From Acidimicrobiaceae bacterium (lineage in GTDB: Bacteria > Actinomycetota > Acidimicrobiia > Acidimicrobiales > Bog-793), in NCBI GenBank assembly GCA_025463965.1, contig JAODBN010000394.1:1-39932 (forward strand): 39,932 nucleotides of DNA, read 5' to 3'. Both the position numbers and the translations under genes were made by a program. This document shows, piece after piece, positions 24,086-33,206 of the stretch; position 1 is the first letter of the stretch, and each line of letters starts with the position of its first letter. Below the pieces are notes generated by a model. The model was not told where the DNA came from and searched no databases. It worked only from the letters and a program-made list of their open reading frames with translations.

Positions 24086-25003
24086 GTGAGCACTCTGATT
24101 TTGTCAGACACGCCACGCCGGGTGCTGACCATTCGACGCGTGAGCGCCGGCTGGACGGGCTATGTGTTCGTCCTGCCGGCGCTCGCCGTCTTCGCGGCGT
24201 TCGTGCTCTACCCTTTGTGGCAGACGGTGTGGCTCAGCTTCTACAGCTGGGACGGTCTGACGGCGCGGCGGTGGATCGGGCTCGCCAATTATCGGGCCCT
24301 CTTCACGGACCCGACGTTGCGGAGTGCATTCCTTCACTCAGCGATACTTGTCATCTTCATCTCCCTCGTTCCGATCGCGCTCGGCCTGCTCCTTGCTGCC
24401 GTGCTTTCGTATCGCAAGATCCGCGGCCTGACGTTTTTTAGAACCGTGCTGTTCCTTCCCCAGGTCCTGCCCCTGGTCGTCGTGGGAGTGATCTGGGATT
24501 GGCTCTATCAACCAAATGGACCAATCAACAGCCTCTTGAGCGACATCGGCCTCGGGTTCATCGCACGGGCATGGCTGGGGGATTTCACCTGGGCGCTGCC
24601 GTCAGTCGGCATCGTTGGAACCTGGGTGACGTACGGATTCGCAATGGTGCTGTTCATCTCCGGCGTCCAGAAGATTCCCTCAACCCTCTATGACGCGGCA
24701 CGGGTCGACGGCGCGGGCCCCGTCCGAGAATTCTTCGCCGTCACGCTGCCTGGTCTCCGGAGCGAGATGACCGTCGCCTTTACGTTGACGGTCATCGCGG
24801 CGCTTCGGACGTTCGACGTGATCTACGTCACCACGCTCGGCGGCCCGGGAACCTCGACCACTGTGCCGTCGCTCAAGATCTACCAGATGGCCTTCGAGTA
24901 CAACCAGATCGGGGCGGCGGCTGCCGTCAGCGTTGCGCTCGCGGTGATCATCGTGGTGGTGACCTTCGCAATCATTCGCCGGGGAGATCGGGGCGACGCA
25001 TGA
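24086..25003 (+). CDS. Carbohydrate ABC transporter permease (MalF/UgpA-like)
   Basis: ORF 24086..25003. Six hydrophobic segments and the EAA loop YDAARVDGAGPVREFFAVTLPGL. Confidence 0.85.
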   Translation: MSTLILSDTPRRVLTIRRVSAGWTGYVFVLPALAVFAAFVLYPLWQTVWLSFYSWDGLTARRWIGLANYRALFTDPTLRSAFLHSAILVIFISLVPIALGLLLAAVLSYRKIRGLTFFRTVLFLPQVLPLVVVGVIWDWLYQPNGPINSLLSDIGLGFIARAWLGDFTWALPSVGIVGTWVTYGFAMVLFISGVQKIPSTLYDAARVDGAGPVREFFAVTLPGLRSEMTVAFTLTVIAALRTFDVIYVTTLGGPGTSTTVPSLKIYQMAFEYNQIGAAAAVSVALAVIIVVVTFAIIRRGDRGDA

Positions 25004-25824
25004 TCGCTCGATTGCGTGGCAACACGAACTACGTCATTCTCTCGTTCTTCGCGGTGGTTGCGCTCTATCCTCTGATCGGAAGTGCGTTCGTCGCCCTTTC
25101 TCCGCAGGGCTCAGTGACATCCGGCATTTTTCCTTGGCCGTCACACTTCACTTTTTCGAACTTCAGCGCTGCCTGGCACCAGGCGTCGCTCGGAGGCGCC
25201 CTCGCGAATAGCGCCGTGGTCGCCATAGCCGTTACCGTGGCGGCGACCGTGCTTTCGACGCTTGCCGGCTACGCCTTTGGAACCTTGAAGCTGCCTGCCG
25301 GACGAGTGGTCTTCTACCTCTTCCTCACGGGTCTGATCATGCCGTACGAGTCGATGATCATTCCGTTGTACTTCGACATGCGCCGTCTCAATCTCGTCGA
25401 CAGCTACTGGTCCCTGATCTTGCCGGAGACCGCGCTGTACCTCGCATTCGGGATCTTCTGGATGCGCGCCTTCTTCCAGTCGATCCCGTCGGAGCTCCTC
25501 GAGGCGGCTCGGATCGACGGGGCTTCCAACGTGACGATCCTCAGGCGGGTGCTCGTCCCGATCGCACGCCCGGCGATCTCGACCATGACGGTCCTGTTCT
25601 TTGTATTCTCATGGAACGAGTTCCTCCTGCCGCTCGTAATGCTCTCGTCCTCGGCGAAGCAGACCGCCACGCTGGCACTCGGTGTGTTTCAAGGCCAGTA
25701 CAACACGAACGTCTCGCTGCAGACGGCAGCAGCGCTCTCGGTCGCCATCCCGGTAATCGTCATCTACGTGCTCTTTCAGCGCCAATTCATCCGTGGGATG
25801 CTCTCGGGATCCCTAACGGGGTGA
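25000..25824 (+). CDS. Carbohydrate ABC transporter permease (MalG/UgpE-like)
   Basis: ORF 25000..25824. ATGA overlap with the upstream permease. EAA loop LEAARIDGASNVTILRRVLVPIARPA. Confidence 0.85.
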   Translation: MIARLRGNTNYVILSFFAVVALYPLIGSAFVALSPQGSVTSGIFPWPSHFTFSNFSAAWHQASLGGALANSAVVAIAVTVAATVLSTLAGYAFGTLKLPAGRVVFYLFLTGLIMPYESMIIPLYFDMRRLNLVDSYWSLILPETALYLAFGIFWMRAFFQSIPSELLEAARIDGASNVTILRRVLVPIARPAISTMTVLFFVFSWNEFLLPLVMLSSSAKQTATLALGVFQGQYNTNVSLQTAAALSVAIPVIVIYVLFQRQFIRGMLSGSLTG

Positions 25825-25854
25825 CCCGAAGCTCATCGAGCTCGCTGACCGAGC

Positions 25855-27381
25855 ATGAGCACGACCCTCCGGTCATCGCTGCCGTTGCGGCCCGCGAAGC
25901 CAGGTGTTGAGCCGATGCAGACGCCCAGTTCCTCGCGAGCGTACCGGCGCGTTCTGATCTACGGGGCGAGCCGCGACACGGCAACGCTCGGCTCGGTACT
26001 CGCAGCCGGCGGCGCCGATGTGGACTTCGTCCAGCCGACGCCGGTTTCCGGTTCGCTCGCCGCGGAGTTTCCCGCCTTGCGGACGAAGCTTCGAGTCGCC
26101 GAGCCCGCTGAGATGGCTGAACACCCGTTTGACTATGACGCCGTCTTTGTGGACGCGTCGTACGACGGGATCGTTCCACCGGAGAAGCTGTGGTGCGCGA
26201 TCGGGGCGCAGCGAGCAGGCGTCCTCGTCTCCTCCGTCGCAGATTACGTGTTGGCGCATTCGAGTGCGCTCACGATTGGCGTCACCGGCTCGGCCGGTAA
26301 GACCACGACAGCCTCCCTGATCGCCCACATCTTGGACTCGGCTGGCCGGACTGTGCACATTGCTTCTGACCTGCGACCGCAGACGAACCGCTGCCCGAAC
26401 TACGAGATCCTACGGGCGCTCCCGGAAATGGCTCCCACCGACGTGCTCGTCGCTGAGCTGACGAGCGTCTATCTGTCCTTCATGCAGACGAGCCCGAAGA
26501 TCGCGGTCGTGACGAACCTGTGGCCGGAGCATCTGGAGTGGCATGGCTCGATGGCCGCCTATGTAGCGGCGAAGCAGACCATCCTCCGCCATCAGCAGAG
26601 CGATGATTGGGCGGTCTTGAACGGCGACGATCCCGCAGTCCGAAAGCACTTCGCGTCGCCGTGCAGGCGGTTGGCACTCTTCGGACGTCAGGACCTCGAC
26701 CATCCCAACTGCGTCTTCCTCTCGGGGGACATCGTCTATGTCCGTTGGGGTGGTGACGATGAACAGATCATGCTCGGGCAAGAGCTGCACGACGACGACC
26801 CGTACGCACTTAACGTGTTGGCGGCGGTTGCCGCGGCGAAGGCGGCAGGCGTCCAAAACGAGGCGTTGGCCGGGACGCTGGCGACGTTCACCGGCGTCGC
26901 GCAGCGTGGTGAGCTCGTTGGTGAGGTCGCCGGGGTCCGGGTGTTCAATGACGCAATGGCGATGTCGCCGGTCAAGGTTAAGCGCAGCCTCGAGTCGTTC
27001 AGCGATGGGTCCGTAGTCCTCATTGCCGGCGGGGAGGCGACGTTCCCGAACGAGGTGCTGCACAGCTCGCCGGAGGCACGGGCGCAACTGGAGCAGTTGG
27101 CGGACACCATTTCGAACAAGACCGTCGCCGTGATCCTTTACGGTGAGGGGGGTCGCCTCCTGCGGAGCGTGCTACTCGACCGGCAGATCGAGAGTCCCGA
27201 GTTGGTCGAGGTCGCCGACCTCTCTGCGGCCGCCGCTGCGGCCGCCGCTGCGGCCGCAGCGCGGGGCAGAGATGGAACGGCGCTTCTTTTTGCTCCGCTG
27301 TTCTATGTGCCGCTCGAGGAGCGTTCGCAGATGGGTCGACGGCTGCTCCGCGGGCTCGCGCTCGTGCAACGCGAAGGCTGA
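25855..27381 (+). CDS. Mur ligase family protein (MurD-like paralogue) with C-terminal poly-Ala tract
   Basis: ORF 25855..27381. Rossmann-like N-terminus (RVLIYGASRDTATLGSVLAAGGADVDF), ATP-binding GVTGSAGKTTTASLIAHIL, and a central TNLWPEHLEWHGSMAAYVAAK typical of Mur ligases. ATG 25915 is an alternative start. Confidence 0.75.
   Translation: MSTTLRSSLPLRPAKPGVEPMQTPSSSRAYRRVLIYGASRDTATLGSVLAAGGADVDFVQPTPVSGSLAAEFPALRTKLRVAEPAEMAEHPFDYDAVFVDASYDGIVPPEKLWCAIGAQRAGVLVSSVADYVLAHSSALTIGVTGSAGKTTTASLIAHILDSAGRTVHIASDLRPQTNRCPNYEILRALPEMAPTDVLVAELTSVYLSFMQTSPKIAVVTNLWPEHLEWHGSMAAYVAAKQTILRHQQSDDWAVLNGDDPAVRKHFASPCRRLALFGRQDLDHPNCVFLSGDIVYVRWGGDDEQIMLGQELHDDDPYALNVLAAVAAAKAAGVQNEALAGTLATFTGVAQRGELVGEVAGVRVFNDAMAMSPVKVKRSLESFSDGSVVLIAGGEATFPNEVLHSSPEARAQLEQLADTISNKTVAVILYGEGGRLLRSVLLDRQIESPELVEVADLSAAAAAAAAAAAARGRDGTALLFAPLFYVPLEERSQMGRRLLRGLALVQREG
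27226..27261 (+). repeat. 12-bp tandem repeat GCGGCCGCCGCT x2 plus a degenerate third copy (three NotI sites) encoding an 11-Ala run
   Basis: Read directly from the sequence; lies inside the Mur ligase-like CDS. Confidence 0.8.
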
Positions 27382-27392
27382 CGCGGATCCCG

Positions 27393-27427
27393 TTGCAACT
27401 CATCTAGATCTCTGATAGAGATGACAA
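27393..27427 (+). promoter_or_regulatory. Operator-like imperfect palindrome ACTCATCTAGATC-TCT-GATAGAGATGAC with TTGCAA -35-like hexamer
   Basis: ACTCATCTAG at 27398-27407 is an exact copy of the recurring 10-mer, in reverse orientation. The second half-site, GATAGAGATGA, is degenerate. Lies directly upstream of the PdxA-family gene (27429). Confidence 0.55.
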
Positions 27428-27428
27428 C

Positions 27429-28445
27429 ATGGGATCTGACGTGATGGCACCTCCGCTAATTGCGCTCACCCTGGGCGACGTCAGCGGCGTTGGCCCCGAG
27501 CTCATTGCGTTGGCTCTTCGGCGCCAAGAAGACATCGCGATTTGCCGGCCGGTGGTCATCGGCTCGGCGAAGATCTTCGCCGAGCGCGCTGAGGCGGTGG
27601 CTGCGCCGGTCGAAGTGCGCGTCATCGGCGACCTCGACGAGGCACGCTTCGAGCCCGGCGTCGTCGATCTGATCGATCCCTTCGGAAGCAATGTCGAGGT
27701 CCCCTCTGTCGGGCAGGTCGATCCGGCGGCAGGCAAGTTCGCCGCTCGCTGCCTCGAGGTCGCGTTCGAGCTCGCGCTGGAGGGCAGGATCGCAGGCGTC
27801 GCCGGTGCACCGCTCAACAAGGAAGCATTCCGCCGCGCCGGGTACAACTACATCGACGAGATCGCCTTCCTGAGCGAGTTCACGCGAAGCGAGGAACCGC
27901 GGTTATTCGGGGTGCTGAGGGGCATGATGACGACCAACGTGACCCTGCACATCCCCTTCAAGGACGTCCCGGCGCAGATAACGCAGCCCAACGTCGAGGC
28001 CTCGATCGAGGCGATGCTCGCCGTGCTGGCCAAGGCCGGCAAGTCCTCCCCGAAGGTGATCGTCGCCGCCCTCAACCCCCACAACGGCGAGGGCGGTCTC
28101 TTCGGCAACGAGGAGATCGACTTCATTCGGCCTGCCGTCGAAGCGAAGCGTGCTGCCGGCTTCGATATCACCGGTCCCTTCCCCGCGGACACCCTGTTCC
28201 CGATGGCACTCGCTTCAGGGATGGACGGGGTCGTCTGCATGTACCACGACCAGGCGAACATTGCTCGCAAGCTCGGCGGCTTCACCGGAAGCGCGAGTGC
28301 CTTCATCGGCCTGCCGGTGCCGTACGCGACGACGGCGCACGGCACGGCATTCGACCTCGTTGGCACCGGCAAGGCGGACCCCTCCAGCTTCCTCACCGCT
28401 TTGAGCTTTGTGGTCGACCAGTCCCAGGCGCGCACGGACGCATGA
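27429..28445 (+). CDS. PdxA family NAD-dependent 4-hydroxy(thre)onate-4-phosphate-type dehydrogenase
   Basis: ORF 27429..28445. LIALTLGDVSGVGPELI N-terminus, ALNPHNGEGGLFG, and HDQANIARK and TTAHGTAFD motifs characteristic of PdxA/PdxA2 proteins. Confidence 0.8.
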   Translation: MGSDVMAPPLIALTLGDVSGVGPELIALALRRQEDIAICRPVVIGSAKIFAERAEAVAAPVEVRVIGDLDEARFEPGVVDLIDPFGSNVEVPSVGQVDPAAGKFAARCLEVAFELALEGRIAGVAGAPLNKEAFRRAGYNYIDEIAFLSEFTRSEEPRLFGVLRGMMTTNVTLHIPFKDVPAQITQPNVEASIEAMLAVLAKAGKSSPKVIVAALNPHNGEGGLFGNEEIDFIRPAVEAKRAAGFDITGPFPADTLFPMALASGMDGVVCMYHDQANIARKLGGFTGSASAFIGLPVPYATTAHGTAFDLVGTGKADPSSFLTALSFVVDQSQARTDA

Positions 28446-29311
28446 CCGTCGAGGCGCTGCACGGCGCCGAGGTGGCGATCGACGTCCGCTGTCTGCTCGG
28501 TGAGTCTCCCGTCTGGCACGCCCCGGCAGAAGAGCTGCTCTGGGTGGACATTCGCAACGCCACGCTGCACAGGTGGTCGTACCGCAGTGGCAACACCACG
28601 ACCGTCGAGGTCGGCCACTCCCTCAGCGCGGTCGCGCCCCGGGCGTCCGGCGGCTATGTGGTCGCGACGCGTCTCGGCTTCGGCACCGTGGACGAGGAGG
28701 GCAAGTTCGACATGCTCGCGTTGGTCGATGCCGGTCTCGCCGAGCATCGCATGAACGACGGAAAGTGCGACCGACAGGGGCGCTTCTTTGCTGGGACGAT
28801 GTCCGAGCGCCGCTTGCCCGGTGCCGGCTCCCTCTACCGACTGGATCCGAACGGGAGCGTGGCCCGCGTGCTCCGTGGCGTCACCATCTCCAATGGGCTC
28901 GACTGGAGCCCGGACGACTCGATCATGTACTACGTCGACAGCGAGGCGGCCGGTCTCGACGCCTTCGACTTCAACCACGACACTGGCGAGGTCACGGGAC
29001 GGCGGCGACTCGTCGAGATCGATCGCCGTCTTGGCCTCGCGGACGGGATCGCTGTCGACGAGGACGGGTGCATCTGGGTGGCGCTGCACTCGGGCGGTGC
29101 GGTGCATCGCTACAGCCCGACCGGCGCGCTGCTCGCACGGCTTGAGCTCCCCGTCGCAGTGGTCACGAGCTGCGCCTTCGGGAGCAGCGACCTCGGCGAT
29201 CTCTACATCACCACCGCTGTCCGCCCGAACGAGCACGAAGATCTCGCTGGGGCATTGTTTCGCTATCCGGCCGGGGTGAAGGGCTTCCCCGGTCGGTCCT
29301 ATGAAGGTTAG
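28442..29311 (+). CDS. SMP-30/gluconolactonase/LRE family lactonase
   Basis: ORF 28442..29311. ATGA overlap with the upstream gene. LGESPVWH, NDGKCDRQGRFFAGTM, SNGLDWSPD and ADGIAVDEDGCIWVA motifs. Confidence 0.85.
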   Translation: MTVEALHGAEVAIDVRCLLGESPVWHAPAEELLWVDIRNATLHRWSYRSGNTTTVEVGHSLSAVAPRASGGYVVATRLGFGTVDEEGKFDMLALVDAGLAEHRMNDGKCDRQGRFFAGTMSERRLPGAGSLYRLDPNGSVARVLRGVTISNGLDWSPDDSIMYYVDSEAAGLDAFDFNHDTGEVTGRRRLVEIDRRLGLADGIAVDEDGCIWVALHSGGAVHRYSPTGALLARLELPVAVVTSCAFGSSDLGDLYITTAVRPNEHEDLAGALFRYPAGVKGFPGRSYEG

Positions 29312-29319
29312 GAGTCGTC

Positions 29320-29952
29320 GTGACAACCATCGTTGACGAGGAGCGGCGGAACCAGCTCGCGAGCCTCGGCGCGGCTGCCGTGTACGAGTCGCTCGGGCGC
29401 CGCAACGCACTTTCGCCCGCTATCAAGCCGCTGTGGTCACCCGCTGTTCTTGCGGGGCCGGTGTTCACGGTCGAGGCCGTCGTCGCCGACAACCTTGCCC
29501 TGCACCACGCCGTTGCAGAGGCACCGGCGGGAGCCGTCATCATCGCCTCGGTGTCCGAGCCGGGCCCGGTGCCGCTGTGGGGCGATCTCCTGTCCACGAT
29601 CTCCAAGGAGAAGGGCATCGCCGGCTTGGTCATCGACGCGATGGTGCGGGACTGCGACCGCATTCGCGCCCTCGAATTTCCGGTCTTCGGCCACGGCACC
29701 TCCCTCTATGGACCCTCGAAGAACGCCTGGGGAAGGCTCGGCGTGGACATCGCGATTGACGGCGTCACGATCCGACCGGGGGACTGGGTCCTCGCCGATG
29801 GCGACGGCGTCGTGATCATTCCCGCCGACGAACTCGAGTCGGCGCTCGTCGCCGCCAGCGCGGTGCGCGACCGGGAGCGCGAGATCGTCCGCCGAGCAGC
29901 GCTCGGCGAGAGCACGCTCGTGCAGCTCAATCTCGGCCAGCCGCCGGCATGA
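29320..29952 (+). CDS. RraA family protein (4-hydroxy-4-methyl-2-oxoglutarate aldolase / oxaloacetate decarboxylase-like)
   Basis: ORF 29320..29952. WGDLLSTISKEKGIAGLVIDAMVRD and GDWVLADGDGVVIIP are typical of the RraA/HMG aldolase family. Confidence 0.8.
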   Translation: MTTIVDEERRNQLASLGAAAVYESLGRRNALSPAIKPLWSPAVLAGPVFTVEAVVADNLALHHAVAEAPAGAVIIASVSEPGPVPLWGDLLSTISKEKGIAGLVIDAMVRDCDRIRALEFPVFGHGTSLYGPSKNAWGRLGVDIAIDGVTIRPGDWVLADGDGVVIIPADELESALVAASAVRDREREIVRRAALGESTLVQLNLGQPPA

Positions 29953-29992
29953 CGCCCCGCTGCCGCAAGGTGCTGACCCACACCGATCTGTA

Positions 29993-31075
29993 GTGGGAGC
30001 ACACCCCGTGCACGGCGAGAGCGATCCCGTGCCGCCGCAGCTTGAGACGAGACACGTCGGCAGGTCTGGCCTCGTCGTCACCGAACTCGGCTTCGGTGCG
30101 GGACCGCTGGGTGGTTTCGCCGGTCGTCCCGTCGACGAAGCGAGTGCCGAGACGACGCTCGGCGCGGCATGGGATGCCGGCATCCGTTACTTCGACACTT
30201 CGCCGTGGTACGGCCTCGGGATGAGCGAGCACCGCGTCGGGCAGTTCTTGCGCGGAAAGCCCCGAGATGCGTTCGTCATCTCGACCAAGGTCGGGCGAGT
30301 TCTTCACCGGCCGGGTCCGGGCAAGGCATCCACTGCGACGTTCTGGACAAGCGCGCTCCCGTTCGACGCTCACTTTGACTACCGTCACGACGCAATCCTG
30401 CGTTCCTACGAAGACAGCCTCCAGCGCCTCGGCCTTTCACGCGTCGACATTCTGTTTGTGCACGACCTCGAGCCGGAGGCACACGGCGGTGATGAAGGTT
30501 TCGACCGCCGCGTCGAGGAGCTGGAGGCGGGGGGCGGCTTTGCGGCGCTCGAGGCGCTACGGACCGCCGGCGAGATCGGGGCAATCGGTGCCGGCGTGAA
30601 TGACGCGACCGCTGCATTGGCGCTTGTCCGACGTTTCGACCTGGACGCCGTGCTGATCGCGGGTCGCTACACGCTGCTCGAGCAGGGCGCGCTCGAGGCG
30701 CTCTTGCCGGTCTGTGAGGAGCGCAAGATCGGGGTCGTCATCGGCAGCGTGTTCAACTCGGGCATCCTCGCAGGTGGGGGAGCCGAGACCAGCACCTACG
30801 AGGGCGAGCCTGCTCCCGAGGAGATCGCCGAGCGAGTGGGTCAGCTGCAGCATGTGTGCTCGCGCCATGGCGTCGCCCTCGGTAGCGCTGCCCTTCGCTT
30901 TCCACTTGCCCACCCCGCGGTCTGCAGCGTGATTCCCGGCGCAGCCCGCCCCTCCGAAGTCACCGAGAATGCCCGGCGCCTGCATTGGTCGATCCCGCCG
31001 GCACTTTGGGAGGAGCTGCGGTCATCGGGGCTCATCGCCAGGGAAGCACCAATACCGGCTGACGACGTCGGCTGA
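29993..31075 (+). CDS. Aldo/keto reductase (D-threo-aldose / L-fucose 1-dehydrogenase-like)
   Basis: ORF 29993..31075. LGFGAGPLGG, IRYFDTSPWYGLGMSEHRVGQFL and ISTKVGR motifs. The true start is probably a little downstream (GTG 30008). Confidence 0.8.
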   Translation: MGAHPVHGESDPVPPQLETRHVGRSGLVVTELGFGAGPLGGFAGRPVDEASAETTLGAAWDAGIRYFDTSPWYGLGMSEHRVGQFLRGKPRDAFVISTKVGRVLHRPGPGKASTATFWTSALPFDAHFDYRHDAILRSYEDSLQRLGLSRVDILFVHDLEPEAHGGDEGFDRRVEELEAGGGFAALEALRTAGEIGAIGAGVNDATAALALVRRFDLDAVLIAGRYTLLEQGALEALLPVCEERKIGVVIGSVFNSGILAGGGAETSTYEGEPAPEEIAERVGQLQHVCSRHGVALGSAALRFPLAHPAVCSVIPGAARPSEVTENARRLHWSIPPALWEELRSSGLIAREAPIPADDVG

Positions 31076-31083
31076 GCAGTTGC

Positions 31084-31899
31084 TCAGCGCTTGGCGGCTC
31101 CGCCGTACGGCCAGCTGTGTGGATCGATCGGCGAGTTGAAGCTGAGCTTTACCCGCTCACTCTGGTAGTAGGCGAAGCCACATTCAATCGGGTCGTCCTC
31201 GAGCCCGTACATCACCGCCTTGCTGACAAGCAGGGGGTCGTTCGGTGCGGCGCCGAGGAGGTCGCCGCGCTCGCCCGCGAGTTCAGCTCCGAGCTCGGTC
31301 GTGACTCGTGCAATCTGTATGCCGAACATCGTGTACAGCAATTCGAGCAGCGACGTCTGTCCTAGATCCGCCCCGAGCAACCGACTGAACCGCTCCGAGT
31401 CGTAATACGCCTCGTCGATCGCGACCGGCCGGTCGAGGACTGAGCGCAGCCGGGTGATCCGGACCGTCTCGGATCCGCGGCGCAGACCGAGCGCATCGGT
31501 CACCTCGGCCGTCGCTGTCACGAGCTCGGCATCAAGCACCTTGGTGGTGGTGTCCAGCCCGAGATCCCGCAGGTAGTGCGAGAGGCTCGCCGTGGTGAGG
31601 AACTCTGCCGACAGCGTCGACGAGGTGACCTGGTAGCCGCGGCCATGTAGCGGGCGCACGAACCCCTGGTTCGCGAGCATGTGAACCGCCTGTCGCACCG
31701 TCAGGCGGTTGACGCCGAAGTGCTCGCTGAGGTCGCTCTCGGAGGGGAGCAGATCGCCGGGGCGGTAGATCCCGCGCCAGATGTCCGTCAGAACCGAGCG
31801 GCGAATCTGCTCGTAGAGCGATGTCGTGCCGCGTCGCAACGGCGACTCCCGCCGGGATCCGGTGCCTTCTGTCGTCTTGCGCGGACGGGTCGCCATCAC
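31084..31899 (-). CDS. GntR family transcriptional regulator, HutC subfamily (wHTH + UTRA effector domain)
   Basis: ORF 31084..31899. LPSESDLSEHFGVNRLTVRQAVHMLANQGFV wHTH followed by a ~150-aa UTRA-like region. Confidence 0.85.
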   Translation of the reverse strand: MMATRPRKTTEGTGSRRESPLRRGTTSLYEQIRRSVLTDIWRGIYRPGDLLPSESDLSEHFGVNRLTVRQAVHMLANQGFVRPLHGRGYQVTSSTLSAEFLTTASLSHYLRDLGLDTTTKVLDAELVTATAEVTDALGLRRGSETVRITRLRSVLDRPVAIDEAYYDSERFSRLLGADLGQTSLLELLYTMFGIQIARVTTELGAELAGERGDLLGAAPNDPLLVSKAVMYGLEDDPIECGFAYYQSERVKLSFNSPIDPHSWPYGGAAKR

Positions 31900-31970
31900 T
31901 GTCTTTCTTCGCGCGAGCTCGGTACTCGCTACCCACCTATCTCAGCACATTGTGCATGTGGACTGGAGAC

Positions 31971-32000
31971 CTTAGGCTAACATAGCTAGATGAGTTATAT
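31971..32000 (+). promoter_or_regulatory. Divergent control region: CTAGATGAGT (31986-31995) inside TTAGGC-N17-TTATAT promoter-like spacing
   Basis: An exact copy of the recurring 10-mer, between the GntR gene (start 31899, minus strand) and the serine-hydrolase gene (32034, RBS GGAGGA). Confidence 0.55.
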
Positions 32001-32033
32001 CGATCTCTCGAGTCGTCGAAACGGAGGACCGCG

Positions 32034-33098
32034 ATGAAGAGGTATTTCCCTCCCGCAGATGCTGCCGGCGGCTGGAAGCATGCCGGGAATGCTGACGAGG
32101 TGCGGGAGCTCGCTGGGCTCGAACCTGACGTGCTCGCCCTCGCGGAGCGAGAGCAGGAGTGGGAGTTCGGGGGGGACGCTTGGGCCATCTCCATTGTCCG
32201 TCACGGGGTCCTGGCGGCCGAGTTTAGGACGTACAACGTTCTCGACGCCTCAAGGTTCGACATGTGGTCGGTCACGAAGTCGTTCACGTCCCTCGCATTC
32301 GGAATGCTGATCGGTGACGACCCCGATGCGTCGAAAATCGGACTCGACAGCTTGGTGTACGAGTACATCCCCGAGGGCTACCCGCTTACCGATGGGCGCA
32401 AGAGCCGTGTCACGGTGGGGCACCTGCTGTCGATGACCGGCGGCTTTATCGGCGGCATCCGGGGCGTCTCATTCGGCACCCCGACGCGGCTCGGCGAGGG
32501 GCTCTACGAGTACGCCATCGGTCGCACGGCGAACCGCTACGGCTACGACGCCGGGCGACTGATCGGAGAGCCGGGCGCGCAGTGGGAGTACTCAGACCCG
32601 GGGTTCTCGCACCTCTCGCTCGTCTTCTCCCGCGTCGCCGGCATGGAGATCGATGACTTCCTGAATGAGCGGCTGTTCAAAAAGATTGGCGTTCCGCCGG
32701 TGGCCTGGACTCGCGCCGGGGGCGGCGACCTGCTGGGGCCACATCCCGTCCCGCACACCGGACTGCTGCTTGCTGCTCGCGAACTCGCCCGCGTCGGCTA
32801 CCTCCTCATGAACGACGGCGCCTGGGAAGGCGAACAAGTCGTACCGAAGTGGTGGATCGAGAAGGCGACGAAGCCGTCGCAAGAGTTCAATCGGGACTAC
32901 GGCTACGGCTTCTGGAGCAACGCCGTCGGCGGCCTGTGGCAGGAGTTGCCGCGGGACGCATTCGCGATGATGGGGTTCCGCGGCAACCGCTGTTGGGTGG
33001 TGCCTTCCCTCGACCTCGTCGTGGCGCGCACTGGAACAGGGCCAGCGCTCATCGACGACCGATATTTCCCCGGTCGGATCATCGACGCACTCTTGTAA
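32034..33098 (+). CDS. Serine hydrolase, beta-lactamase/transpeptidase fold
   Basis: ORF 32034..33098. S-x-x-K nucleophile motif MWSVTKSFTSLAFG; size is typical of class C-like esterases/aminopeptidases. Confidence 0.75.
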   Translation: MKRYFPPADAAGGWKHAGNADEVRELAGLEPDVLALAEREQEWEFGGDAWAISIVRHGVLAAEFRTYNVLDASRFDMWSVTKSFTSLAFGMLIGDDPDASKIGLDSLVYEYIPEGYPLTDGRKSRVTVGHLLSMTGGFIGGIRGVSFGTPTRLGEGLYEYAIGRTANRYGYDAGRLIGEPGAQWEYSDPGFSHLSLVFSRVAGMEIDDFLNERLFKKIGVPPVAWTRAGGGDLLGPHPVPHTGLLLAARELARVGYLLMNDGAWEGEQVVPKWWIEKATKPSQEFNRDYGYGFWSNAVGGLWQELPRDAFAMMGFRGNRCWVVPSLDLVVARTGTGPALIDDRYFPGRIIDALL

Positions 33099-33206
33099 CC
33101 CGCACACCACGTGACGCTGGCGCGGCACGGTCCGTTGTCGCGTCTGAGCATCTTCCACCGCGTCCTGGTCGAAACGATGACGTCGAGCACCTAAGGAGAG
33201 AGATCC

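Noticed and set aside
27226-27261. Considered whether short GC-rich direct repeats here, or at 15217-15249, could be a CRISPR array
   Set aside because: The units are 11-12 bp, contiguous and spacer-free, and there are at most 3 copies. No repeat-spacer architecture or cas genes occur anywhere in the window.
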